Source: Candidatus Poribacteria bacterium
Lineage (GTDB): Bacteria; Poribacteria; WGA-4E; WGA-3G
Reading direction: 5' to 3'
DNA: 64,000 bases
NCBI GenBank assembly: GCA_965215265.1
Contig: OZ244048.1
Coordinates: forward strand, 1,760,001-1,824,000
Shown: positions 9,197-18,810 of the stretch, piece after piece
How the letters are laid out: each line of letters starts with the position of its first letter
Numbering within the stretch: the stretch's first letter is position 1
The notes under the pieces: model-generated
What the model saw: only the letters and a program-made list of their open reading frames with translations
Told to the model about the DNA's origin: nothing
Database searches by the model: none
Translations under genes and position numbers: made by a program

Positions 9197-11074
9197 ATGC
9201 ACGCAACTGATGATACCCAGAAAACCTCATTACGCCGTTTTGTCCTCAGCGTTCTCGGATTCGGTTCTATTCTCATTATTCTCACCTGTTATTGGATAAT
9301 TTCTGCAGAAAATCGGGTTGTGTGGGAGTTAACGGATTTCTCTATTTTCCCGACCGTGCTTTTCACGTTTTTTCTTCTGGCTGCGATGGCACCGTTTTTA
9401 AGACGCATCCTCAAAAGCGGTATGCCAACATCACGTGAACTGGCGATGACGTATACCATGGTCTCTGTTGCAACTGCGCTGGCTGGGCATGACATTGTCC
9501 GGCAGTTGGTACCCATGATTGCAAACGCCGGCTGGTTCGCAACGCCAGAAAACGAATGGGATGCGCTCTTCTTCCGGTTCATGCCCACGTGGTTGACAAT
9601 TACCGACCGGCGGATTCTACACGGGTATTTTGAAGGGGATGATACGTTTTGGCAAGTGCCGTATATGGAGGCGTGGTTGTTGCCAATTGTTGCGTGGAGT
9701 GCCCTAGTTATCGTCTTGCTGTTCATGATGCTGTGCATTAACCTGATCATCCGACAGCAGTGGATAGAACACGAGAAACTAAGTTACCCGCTCACGACGC
9801 TCCCGATTGAGCTGCTAGGCAATACCTCTGTTCTCTTGCGCAATAGACTCGTTTGGCTCGGTTTAGGGCTTGCGTTCGGATTGGAAATGCTCGCCGGGTT
9901 CAATTATCTGTTTCCGGTCATCCCGTCTCTCAAAATCAAGTATCAACTCTACTTTGCAGAGCGTCCGTGGAATGCGATGGGCCGTTTGCCCATCTATGTG
10001 TATCCGTTCGCGATTGGATTAGGGTTCCTGATGCCGTTGCAGTTATCTCTGTCGTTTTGGGTTTTCTATCTGTTTTGGGGTGTGCAGCGGGTTGTTTTTA
10101 GTGGGCTCGGCTGGACAACAGCGATAGGGTTACAAACAGAACAGCGCGCGGGGGCGTGGCTGGGCATTGGCACGCTTGCTTTGTTGACAAGCCGCCGCCA
10201 GATTTTGGCTGTGCTGCGCGGCGTTTTCTCCTTTGGCGAGAAAAACGGTCTTTACCGACTAGCAGTCTTTGGGTTGATAGGCGGGTTAGTCTTCGTGTTG
10301 GTATTTTGGAACCTCGCGGGGCTATCCGCCTGGGTTGCCTTCGGGTATTTCAGCATCTACTTGGTATTGTGCATTGCGATGACACGGATGCGGGCAGAAC
10401 TAGGACCGCCAACCCATGAATTGCACGGCATGCATCCCGACCGGATTATGCTACTTTTCGCAGGCAGTCGTCCGTTGGGGGCACAGAATCTAACAAACAC
10501 AACCTTACTGTCTTGGTTGGCGTATGGTTACCGGTGCCATCCGATGCCGCATCAGTTAGAAGCTTTCAAAATCGGCAGCTACTTCCGATTCCGCCAACGT
10601 CGGCTGATTGTTGCCTTAATCGTTGCTTCTATTGTAGGTACAGTCATCTCTATCCTTGGGCATGTTGCACTCTATTATGAGTACCGCTTTGCACGATGGG
10701 GTGTGGGTGAATTTAACCGTTTGGAAAGTTGGATAACTGCACCGCGTGCCCCTAACTTCGCAGCAGTTCAGCACATCGCTTTTGGGTTTCTGTTTACTGT
10801 CGGACTGACGTTTCTCAAACGTCAGTTTCTGTGGTGGCCTTTCTATCCGGTAGGTTACGCAGTCGGTAACGGTTGGGCCATCGGATGGATGTGGTTCTCA
10901 ATTTGCTTAGGCTGGCTCTTCAAGCAGCTACTGTTCACAGGCGGCGGTGTTCGTGCGTTTCGCAAGGCGTTGCCGCTGTTCTTGGGGTTCATTTTTGGGC
11001 AGTTCCTGGCTGGGAGTTTGTGGAGTTTACTGGGTGTGTTGCTCAACATGAACATGTACACCCTCTTCCCGTGA
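9197..11074 (+). CDS. Polytopic membrane protein, putative peptide transporter (DUF6785/DUF6784-like)
   Basis: Many TM helices, QW.E.EKL.YPL, RMRAELG and WWPF.PVGY motifs; paralog at 28352. Confidence 0.8.
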   Translation: MHATDDTQKTSLRRFVLSVLGFGSILIILTCYWIISAENRVVWELTDFSIFPTVLFTFFLLAAMAPFLRRILKSGMPTSRELAMTYTMVSVATALAGHDIVRQLVPMIANAGWFATPENEWDALFFRFMPTWLTITDRRILHGYFEGDDTFWQVPYMEAWLLPIVAWSALVIVLLFMMLCINLIIRQQWIEHEKLSYPLTTLPIELLGNTSVLLRNRLVWLGLGLAFGLEMLAGFNYLFPVIPSLKIKYQLYFAERPWNAMGRLPIYVYPFAIGLGFLMPLQLSLSFWVFYLFWGVQRVVFSGLGWTTAIGLQTEQRAGAWLGIGTLALLTSRRQILAVLRGVFSFGEKNGLYRLAVFGLIGGLVFVLVFWNLAGLSAWVAFGYFSIYLVLCIAMTRMRAELGPPTHELHGMHPDRIMLLFAGSRPLGAQNLTNTTLLSWLAYGYRCHPMPHQLEAFKIGSYFRFRQRRLIVALIVASIVGTVISILGHVALYYEYRFARWGVGEFNRLESWITAPRAPNFAAVQHIAFGFLFTVGLTFLKRQFLWWPFYPVGYAVGNGWAIGWMWFSICLGWLFKQLLFTGGGVRAFRKALPLFLGFIFGQFLAGSLWSLLGVLLNMNMYTLFP

Positions 11075-11078
11075 GCAT

Positions 11079-11423
11079 TTAAAAGTCTTTGAGCGCCTCT
11101 TCTTCAGAAGGGAAAACGCCGATACTTTGGGTTAACCCGATGGTATTGAAGATATTTCGGACTTGCTTAGACGGATGCGCGACGCGCAAAACTTGCTCTT
11201 TATCGCGTATCTTCCAGAGCAATTTGATGATGCCACCGAACCCACTACTAGTGATGAAGCTACGCTGCTCAAAATTAAGCAGCAGTTTCCCGCCTTTTTG
11301 CATATCTGCTTCAGCGTACGCCTCTGCGAGTCTCGTTTCCGATGTCTCAGTGAGGTAGCCTGTGATGTCAAAGATAACGGTTTCGCCTAAGTGTCGAATA
11401 GAGAGTTGATGATCCGGTCTCAC
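11079..11423 (-). CDS. STAS-domain anti-sigma-factor antagonist
   Basis: 114 aa, FITSSGFG phosphoacceptor-type motif, AAGGAGG SD before GTG. Confidence 0.88.
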   Translation of the reverse strand: MRPDHQLSIRHLGETVIFDITGYLTETSETRLAEAYAEADMQKGGKLLLNFEQRSFITSSGFGGIIKLLWKIRDKEQVLRVAHPSKQVRNIFNTIGLTQSIGVFPSEEEALKDF

Positions 11424-11546
11424 TGTTTCCTCCTTATAGGAATATCCTTTAATTCCAATGCGTTGCGAAAAACTACTGATATAGGTTGAAATAAAAATCC
11501 TAATTCTTCAGTTTTTGTCAACTTTGTGGACAAAAGGCCTGTTATG

Positions 11547-12470
11547 TTAATTGGGCTGGTGTTTAGGCTGTTGATACACAAGCGACTGATTTTCCAGATG
11601 TAGCCACGTCTCAAACTGGCGTGTGCCCTCGCAAAGTTGAATCACCCGTGCACCGCGCGGGAAATCGGCTCTGCCGTAGGTATTGTAGCCTGTTGCTCTC
11701 CCGTAGCAGAGCCGAATTCCGTGTAGAGTTCCACAGAAATCGTTAATGTGGTCGTGCCCGACGAAAGTTCCTAGCACATCACCTGCGTTGTGCATCGCTG
11801 CAAAAAAGCCTGAATTGACAGACGGCGCGCAAACGTCCTCATATTTCACACCATAGCAGGTGTATTTGTTCCAAATTTCTTCGTACTCCGGAAGAGGTAT
11901 GTGAAAAAAAGCGAGTGCTGGAAGCGGTTGCCCAGCTGTGGTTCTGAACATAGCCGATTCCCGAAGATACCACGCAATTTGTTCCGGTTGAATCCATGCA
12001 TAACCCCCGATATCCGTGGGGGCGTAACTACCAGAGTCGATAAAATAGAGTAGCGCGGCCGGTGTGTCGCCCTCTGCACTAGCAACGGTTAAAACATAAT
12101 TGCCGACTCCCGGAACCTCTGCAGGGCCTGGTTGTACGAGGGCGTTGGTGCTTTCCATCATGATTTCCATCAATTCGTCCCGATTTGCAGTGCCCTCGTC
12201 ATCATGGTTACCGAAAACCGCTGTCCACGGCACGCCACAATGCTCCATAATTTGGATAACTTGTCGAAGCGAGACACACGCATCATGACACCCACCGCCT
12301 GCTAGTATATCACCTGTTAATACAACGAGGTTAGGTTTCTCCGCTGATACAATTTCCACCATTAACGCTTCGGATTGCCGATCTGCAGGTTCGCCATTAT
12401 GCCAATGTATATCGGTAAACTGCACAATCTTGAAGCATCTATTCTCCGCAAACTGCAATTTGAATTTCAC
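11547..12470 (-). CDS. Calcineurin-like metallophosphoesterase
   Basis: TDIH, TGD, GNHD, FHIP and GHDH motifs. Confidence 0.93.
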   Translation of the reverse strand: MKFKLQFAENRCFKIVQFTDIHWHNGEPADRQSEALMVEIVSAEKPNLVVLTGDILAGGGCHDACVSLRQVIQIMEHCGVPWTAVFGNHDDEGTANRDELMEIMMESTNALVQPGPAEVPGVGNYVLTVASAEGDTPAALLYFIDSGSYAPTDIGGYAWIQPEQIAWYLRESAMFRTTAGQPLPALAFFHIPLPEYEEIWNKYTCYGVKYEDVCAPSVNSGFFAAMHNAGDVLGTFVGHDHINDFCGTLHGIRLCYGRATGYNTYGRADFPRGARVIQLCEGTRQFETWLHLENQSLVYQQPKHQPN

Positions 12471-12665
12471 AAATTAACTCCGTCTCTCGGAATGAGTTCT
12501 TTAGAAAAATCCCATGTTACTATATCATAATTGAAAAAAAAAGCAAGAAATTTATTGAGTCAAAAAATAGACTTGCAGGCTGCAACTTTTCATGTTAACA
12601 TATTTCTATAATTAATTGAATTGTAAATGCAACAGCGGCTTTTTCTCTGTTTATGAGCCAATCCC

Positions 12666-13487
12666 ATGATGAAAAAAAAACGTTCGGCACACACCTATGA
12701 TATTGAGACTGTGATCCTATCAAATGATGAAGTTGCAGAGGCACATTATCTTTTGCGGTGTGCGTGTCCCGAAATTGCACGAGATGCACTTCCGGGTCAG
12801 TTTGTTCATGTACTGATTTCGGATGGTTCCGGGTTGTTACTCCGCCGGCCGTTTACTATCTATTCGGTTGCCGGTTCCGAGATAACGGTGCTTTATCAGG
12901 TTATTGGAGACGGGACAAAGCGGTTGGCCAGAATGACAAAAGGGACACCATTACGGGTATTGGGTGCATTGGGGAATACGTTTGATATCACAAGGCACCC
13001 GGATCCGGCGATTTTAGTCGGAGGGGGTGCTGGCATCGCTTCGTTAATGCTACTGGCAGCAGCGTTGCACGCTGGTGGAATCAGGACAGTCGGCTTAGTG
13101 GGGGCACAACATCAGGCGAGACTGCTGAGTGTGGCAGATTTAGAAGCGATCGGCATTCCGGTGCATATCGCGACAGATGATGGAAGCATCGGACATCACG
13201 GGTTTATTACTGAGCTCCTTGAGATGCTGCTCGACAAAACCGCGTGGCAGCACGCGACTATTTATGCGTGCGGACCGCACGGAATGCTTGCAGCTGTGGC
13301 AAAGATTGCCGCTAAATTTGAGATGCCGACGCAGGTCGCGATGGAAAATAGGATGGGCTGCGCTATGGGCGTTTGCCTCGGATGTGTTTGTCCCGTCCGG
13401 ATTGATGGCGATGTCTTTGAATATCAACGCGTTTGCACAGAAGGCCCGGTCTTTAATGCGACTGATATCGTGTGGAACCTATCATAG
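12666..13487 (+). CDS. pyrK: Dihydroorotate dehydrogenase electron-transfer subunit
   Basis: PGQF, LRRPFT, GGGAG, ACGP and MGCAMGVCLGC...RVCTEGPVF (2Fe-2S) motifs. Confidence 0.9.
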   Translation: MMKKKRSAHTYDIETVILSNDEVAEAHYLLRCACPEIARDALPGQFVHVLISDGSGLLLRRPFTIYSVAGSEITVLYQVIGDGTKRLARMTKGTPLRVLGALGNTFDITRHPDPAILVGGGAGIASLMLLAAALHAGGIRTVGLVGAQHQARLLSVADLEAIGIPVHIATDDGSIGHHGFITELLEMLLDKTAWQHATIYACGPHGMLAAVAKIAAKFEMPTQVAMENRMGCAMGVCLGCVCPVRIDGDVFEYQRVCTEGPVFNATDIVWNLS

Positions 13488-13533
13488 CATATACATGTGT
13501 GCCAAGTGCCGCACCTAAATAGAACAAAAAAAA

Positions 13534-14595
13534 ATGGAAAAAACCTTTTATCAGGAATTAATAAAAATAAGTTTACAAGACGAGTTACTTCCAGACGCTG
13601 TCTGTTTAGAACTTTTAACTTCGGCAGAGGTAGAGTTGCTCGCTCTGTTAAATGCAGCATATCAGGTACGCAAAACCTATTTTCAGAACGAGGTCCAACT
13701 GCATATCCTCAACAATGCACAGAACGGCTACTGCCCAGAGGATTGCCACTATTGTGCACAAGCGAGTTCTGCGACTGCAGAGATTGCCAGCTATCCGTTA
13801 AAGCCCGATGCCGAAATTTTAGCGGAAGCGGAACAGGCGTTTCAATCGGGTGCACATCGCTACTGTATTGTCATGAGCGGGCGCGGTCCTTCCCAAAAAC
13901 GGGTTCAGCAGCTCGCAGCGCTAATTCAAACTGTTAAAGCAAAATATCCGATTGAGGTATGTCTCTCTGTAGGATTGATTGATGAAGACGCTGCCGAGAC
14001 GTTGAAAGCGGCTGGGTTGGATCGGTTGAACCATAACCTGAATACCTCAGAAACTTATTATCCGACGATATGTAGCACGCATACTTATCAGGACAGGATG
14101 AAGACGTTGAAATCTGCACAGGCGGTCGGATTGGCGTGCTGTTCGGGTGTGATTGTTGGTATGGGCGAAGGGCACATTGACATCATTAAGGTAGCCAACA
14201 CTTTGCGGCAGTTGGAAGTCGCTTCTATCCCGCTTAACTTTTTCCTTCCGATATCTGGAACCCAACTTCCAGCATCCCCGCCACTGACACCGGCGTATTG
14301 TCTGCGCGTACTGTGTGTCTATCGTTTCCTGAATCCGCGTGCAGAGATCCGGGTAGCAGCCGGTCGGGAACACCACTTGCGGAGCATGGAGGTGATGGCA
14401 CTCTATCCTGCGAATTCGCTGTTCATGGAGGGCTATCTGAATGCGAAGGGCGCGGCAGCATCAAACACGCTCCAGATGATTGAAGATGCCGGGTTCACTG
14501 TCAAAGGAAACCCGGAGCCCTCACCACAAAGGAAAGGAGAAGTGCGCCTAAAAGCACTGGAGGTGCTGCGTCCACGTATCGATGCCAATGTTTAG
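13534..14595 (+). CDS. bioB: Biotin synthase (radical SAM)
   Basis: CPEDCHYCAQ, NHNLNTS, CSGVIVGMGE and IRVAAGRE motifs. Confidence 0.95.
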   Translation: MEKTFYQELIKISLQDELLPDAVCLELLTSAEVELLALLNAAYQVRKTYFQNEVQLHILNNAQNGYCPEDCHYCAQASSATAEIASYPLKPDAEILAEAEQAFQSGAHRYCIVMSGRGPSQKRVQQLAALIQTVKAKYPIEVCLSVGLIDEDAAETLKAAGLDRLNHNLNTSETYYPTICSTHTYQDRMKTLKSAQAVGLACCSGVIVGMGEGHIDIIKVANTLRQLEVASIPLNFFLPISGTQLPASPPLTPAYCLRVLCVYRFLNPRAEIRVAAGREHHLRSMEVMALYPANSLFMEGYLNAKGAAASNTLQMIEDAGFTVKGNPEPSPQRKGEVRLKALEVLRPRIDANV

Positions 14596-14802
14596 TTCTT
14601 GTATCGCAAGCAGGAGATTGCTACCACATCATCTCTAAACAGTGCCCCAGTCTGAAGCGAAAGAAAGATGAAGCAATCAAGCATCTCGTTTGCCATTCGG
14701 TAGCGGTTCATTGGTAAAGATCAGGAAAATTACAAACGGATAACACATCACGGGCAAATATACCTTGATTTTCTTGGAAGCAGGGTTTGATATGCCTTTG
14801 TG

Positions 14803-15789
14803 TTAATAGCAATCGCAGCATCCTTCCTGGATATCCAATTGAAGTTGTATTGTACTACTATCCGGTGTTGTTAGTGGCGTGCCGGGTCTGATTTTTTGAA
14901 AATCGATATGCCGAATGTCCTCGGGAATGAGAAAATATGGTTTTAACCGTTCCCAATCTGTGTCAACAATTGTAACGATTTCGCCACGGTGGAGACTGAC
15001 CCAAGCGTCGCCGATTTTAGCATCTGGAGCTGTCTGCTCTAACTTTCTTTGTGTGATTTTGACGTACTCGCTGTCGATATCTATGCCGATAACCTTTCGT
15101 CCGAGCCTTGCCGCTGCAACGGCTGTGGTGCCAGTTCCCATAAACGGGTCTAATATTACATCGCCTTCGTCGGTACTCATCAGAATCAGACGTTCTAAAA
15201 GATGTACTGGAAGTTGGCAGGGGTGGGCATCCCGGTGTTTGTTGTGACGGATACGGTGAATATCTGACCAGGTATCAGAAACAAGCGGCCCAAACGGGTG
15301 TAAAATCTTTTTTTTGCCACCGTAGTCTTTTGCTAAGTAGCCACATTTCCTACATCGCTTATGTGGATATCGGAGCTCATAGAATTTGTGCTCTCGCCTA
15401 TTTTTTACGTAAAACAGAATACCGTAGTGTGATGGCTGCAAGGTTTTGCCCATCGGTGCAGTCGGGGCATCCCAGGCAATCCAGTGGCGAAACTCAGCGA
15501 CTTGATTGAGGAAACCGGCGTAATACGTGAGCCACTTTGGGATATTGTGGACAAAAATCGAACCAGTCGGTTTCGTAACCCGCACCATTTCTAAGAGCCA
15601 TTGCTGACACCAGCTGAGGTAGGTATCATCGGCTTTGCTGTCTTTATACCTACTGTACTTCTTGTTAAGATTAAAGGGCGGATCGGCAAATGTAACATCA
15701 ACACTGTCAGCAGGAAACTGCTTCATGACTGCTAAGCAATCGCCTTCTATGATTTTGTTGAGGAATTTTTCCACGTTATCGTTATCCAA
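14803..15789 (-). CDS. N4-cytosine/N6-adenine DNA methyltransferase (beta class), orphan
   Basis: FADPPFN catalytic motif, HPCQLP and VILDPFMGTGTT SAM motif. TTG start overlaps the serS stop. Confidence 0.93.
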   Translation of the reverse strand: MDNDNVEKFLNKIIEGDCLAVMKQFPADSVDVTFADPPFNLNKKYSRYKDSKADDTYLSWCQQWLLEMVRVTKPTGSIFVHNIPKWLTYYAGFLNQVAEFRHWIAWDAPTAPMGKTLQPSHYGILFYVKNRREHKFYELRYPHKRCRKCGYLAKDYGGKKKILHPFGPLVSDTWSDIHRIRHNKHRDAHPCQLPVHLLERLILMSTDEGDVILDPFMGTGTTAVAAARLGRKVIGIDIDSEYVKITQRKLEQTAPDAKIGDAWVSLHRGEIVTIVDTDWERLKPYFLIPEDIRHIDFQKIRPGTPLTTPDSSTIQLQLDIQEGCCDCY

Positions 15790-17077
15790 TTTGCGTTACA
15801 CCGCCCATATACGGTTGCAGCACTGCGGGTACTCGCACGCTGCCGTCCGGGTTCTGATACGTCTCGAGAAGTGCGATGACGACGCGCGGTAAGGCTGTCC
15901 CGGAGGCATTCAGTGTATGAATGAACTCTAGCTTTGCGCCGGCCTTTCTACGGAATCGGATGTTGGTGCGCCGCGCCTGGAATGCTTCAAAGTTACTACA
16001 AGAAGAGACCTCTAAAAACCGCTGCGCTGCAGGTGCCCAGACTTCAATATCGTAGCATTTAGCAGCGGCAAAGGAGAGCTCCACCGTGCAATGTTGTACC
16101 ACGCGGTAAGCCAATCCGAGGGCTTGGAGGACGCTCTCCGCATTGGCAAGGAGTGATTCGTGCTCTGCATAGGAGGTTTCAGGGGTAGTGAACTTGACCA
16201 TCTCTACCTTATCAAACTGATGGACGCGTTGTAAGCCGCGCGTGTCCCTCCCGTAAGCACCTGCTTCGCGTCGGAAACAGGGAGTATAGGCAGTGTAGTA
16301 GATGGGCAAGTCATCAGCACTCAAAATCTCACCAGCGAGGAGATTCGTAACCGGGACTTCCGCTGTCGGAATTAGGAACAAGTCGCTGTCGGGGTTCTGT
16401 TCGTCCCGGTCGCATCGGTACATATCCGACTCAAATTTCGGGAGTTGTCCTGTGCCTGTCATTGTCGGACGGTTTGCCAAGAAAGGCGGCGAGACCTCGG
16501 TGTATCCGTGCCGCGTAGTGTGCAGATCCAACATGAAATTGATTAAGGCACGTTCCAGTCTCGCACCTAAACCTTTAAAAAGAAGGAAGTTGCTACCGGA
16601 CACTTTTGCAGCGCGTTGAAAATCGACAATATCCAATTTTTCAGCGACTTCCCAGTGGGGTTTCAATTCAAAATCGAATTTTGGCAGTTCGCCCCAAGTT
16701 TTGATTTCAGTGTTGTCCGCTTCGCTGGTGCCGATAGGGGTACTTGCCTCCGGCATGTTTGGGATTGTCAGCAGTATTCCATCGATGTCGGTTTTCGTCT
16801 GGTTAGTTTCCAGCGTAAGTTTTTTTATTTTTTGGGATAGTTCGCGCATCTCCGCGATAGTTTCTGTTGCATCTTCATTCGCCTTTTTGCGCGCGGCGAT
16901 CTGCTGAGAAACAGTATTCTGGTGTGCTTTCAGGTTTTGAGTCTCCGTCAAATTTTTGCGCCACCGCGTATCTAATTCAAGCAGCCGGTTTAAGTCCGAG
17001 AGTGCATCACTCTGTCTATGGTGTAGCATCTGTCTAACAGCTTCACTATTTTCGCGAATAAATTTCAGGTCTAACAT
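15782..17077 (-). CDS. serS: Serine--tRNA ligase
   Basis: MLDLKFIREN, LIPTAEVP, FRREAG, RVHQFDKVE, EVSSCSN and HTLNASG motifs. Confidence 0.98.
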   Translation of the reverse strand: MLDLKFIRENSEAVRQMLHHRQSDALSDLNRLLELDTRWRKNLTETQNLKAHQNTVSQQIAARKKANEDATETIAEMRELSQKIKKLTLETNQTKTDIDGILLTIPNMPEASTPIGTSEADNTEIKTWGELPKFDFELKPHWEVAEKLDIVDFQRAAKVSGSNFLLFKGLGARLERALINFMLDLHTTRHGYTEVSPPFLANRPTMTGTGQLPKFESDMYRCDRDEQNPDSDLFLIPTAEVPVTNLLAGEILSADDLPIYYTAYTPCFRREAGAYGRDTRGLQRVHQFDKVEMVKFTTPETSYAEHESLLANAESVLQALGLAYRVVQHCTVELSFAAAKCYDIEVWAPAAQRFLEVSSCSNFEAFQARRTNIRFRRKAGAKLEFIHTLNASGTALPRVVIALLETYQNPDGSVRVPAVLQPYMGGVTQIG

Positions 17078-17217
17078 TGGGATTCCCCTGCTCGCTTATG
17101 GGCGGGATTTGTAAACCCGCTGCGCATGATGATAGCTAATTATTATCGGATATAGCAACAAGAAAAGCCACAGAATTTTTAGCAATTGCTGTGACTTTGA
17201 TGCGTCTGGAAAAAAAA

Positions 17218-17292
17218 CGGGCCCGACGGGACTTGAACCCGCGACCTCCTGCGTGACAGGCAGGCGCGCTAAACCAACTGCGCCACGAGCCC
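17218..17292 (-). tRNA. tRNA-Asp(GTC)
   Basis: GGGCTCG/CGGGCCC acceptor stem, anticodon arm CCTGC-CTGTCAC-GCAGG, GGTTCAA T-loop; CCA not encoded. Confidence 0.97.
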
Positions 17293-17389
17293 CGAAGAAA
17301 TATTTAGGCAACGGATAGGTGAACTGCACATCTGCTTGTGAGAACCGCCGTATCTGATAATTGGAACCGATGTAGTGCTTTGTCAAAAA

Positions 17390-17464
17390 CGGGCCCGACG
17401 GGACTTGAACCCGCGACCTCCTGCGTGACAGGCAGGCGCGCTAAACCAACTGCGCCACGAGCCC
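17390..17464 (-). tRNA. tRNA-Asp(GTC), identical second copy
   Basis: Identical to 17218..17292. Confidence 0.97.
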
Positions 17465-17519
17465 TCAAATGCTTGTGTAACCGGAAACACGCTAAACGCC
17501 ATCTCCGCTACCTAACAGG

Positions 17520-17593
17520 TAGGCGGGACAGGACTTGAACCTGTGACCTACAGCTTGTAAGGCTGTCGCTCTAGCCACCTGAGCTACCCGCCC
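17520..17593 (-). tRNA. tRNA-Val(TAC)
   Basis: GGGCGGG/CCCGCCT acceptor stem, anticodon arm ACAGC-CTTACAA-GCTGT. Confidence 0.96.
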
Positions 17594-17629
17594 AAAAGGA
17601 GATTTCGGAAAACCTCAAGGACGTTATTA

Positions 17630-17658
17630 AGTATACCACAAAATTTGACAGTTGTCAA
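17630..17658 (-). promoter_or_regulatory. Promoter of the tRNA(-serS) operon
   Basis: TTGACA-17-TATACT with extended -10 TG. Confidence 0.75.
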
Positions 17659-17711
17659 GAAAAATTAACTTTTTTCAAAAAAATATTGTTTTTTAAATAG
17701 TACACTGGCGG

Positions 17712-18416
17712 TTATTTGCGTGGTGCATCATTGCCACGATACGAACGTTCACCACGGACGAGAACCTTCTTCGGGTTATCCGCTGGTGCGAGTTCATCCG
17801 CACTGTGATAGCCGAGTGTCATGCTCATCCGGGTACCGTCCGTGCGATTGATGCCTGCAGAGTGGATGAGCATACTGTCAATAGCAAGCAGACCGCCGGC
17901 CGGCATAGGTAGCGGGATTGCTTGCCCGGCGGCAATCTTCTGGATGTCGTCATCTTTTAAGTTGGCGAAAGCCGGAAGGTGATGCGACCCGGGCACAACG
18001 CGCGTGCAACCGTTTTCCAAATGCGTCTCTTCCAAGTAGACCAGGACGGTGGCGATGGTCCGAGACCAGTGGCGGACATCGCGATGCAATTCGAGCGAAT
18101 GGGTTGAACCGGCATCGCGGAGGTAGATGTGATTATGGCGGTTAAGCACGTACTCTATATTTTTCCCCAATAATGATTCCAGAGGGTCTAGGATTTCAGC
18201 GGAGGTTATTGTTTCTCGGAATATACCGCCGCGCTCCCAAATTGCAGAAATTCGGATGATCCTGTCGCCTTGACGGGCAACAGGTTCAACCGATTCCGCC
18301 ATATCTTTCAATGCTGCAGCCTTGATGGCATCAACCTGGGCAGCGGAAACTTGCGTTGGGAATTTGATGAACCCGTTGTGACGGAAGAGTTGAATTTCTT
18401 GAGATGTGAGTCTCAT
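17712..18416 (-). CDS. Phytanoyl-CoA dioxygenase (PhyH) family protein
   Basis: F..NGF, HRD, NGCTRVVPGSH and HSAG.N...R motifs. Confidence 0.92.
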   Translation of the reverse strand: MRLTSQEIQLFRHNGFIKFPTQVSAAQVDAIKAAALKDMAESVEPVARQGDRIIRISAIWERGGIFRETITSAEILDPLESLLGKNIEYVLNRHNHIYLRDAGSTHSLELHRDVRHWSRTIATVLVYLEETHLENGCTRVVPGSHHLPAFANLKDDDIQKIAAGQAIPLPMPAGGLLAIDSMLIHSAGINRTDGTRMSMTLGYHSADELAPADNPKKVLVRGERSYRGNDAPRK

Positions 18417-18810
18417 CGGTTTACCTTGTTTGTGACGCTGGATGCTGGTATTGTGTTTAAATGACTTATTTTAGCATAGATTTTAAAAGTGTGTCAACAG
18501 AAAATTCTTTTTTTCAGAATCCACGGACATCCGGGTCAGTTTAACCGCCTAAATCCCCTTATCAGACGGAATCTTACCCATAAATTACCCCTGGGTTACC
18601 GCGATTAGGAGTTAGCTCCTACAAACAGCCGATCGACAGGCGATAAATCGCCCTAGTTCAAACAGATCTTTTTTGGAAGTAGCAGGAAGTCGGCCTCAGT
18701 GCGGTTCCATCCTCGTATTCGCGGGCTAATAAAAAATTGGTAACGAAACATGAGAATATTGCGTTTTATAAAGTATTACATCTTATTTAAACAGAAAGGA
18801 AGTGTAAAAC

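Noticed and set aside
17218-17464. Duplicated tRNA-Asp as an attL/attR pair
   Set aside because: Both copies are complete and only about 97 bp apart; this is an ordinary tRNA operon.
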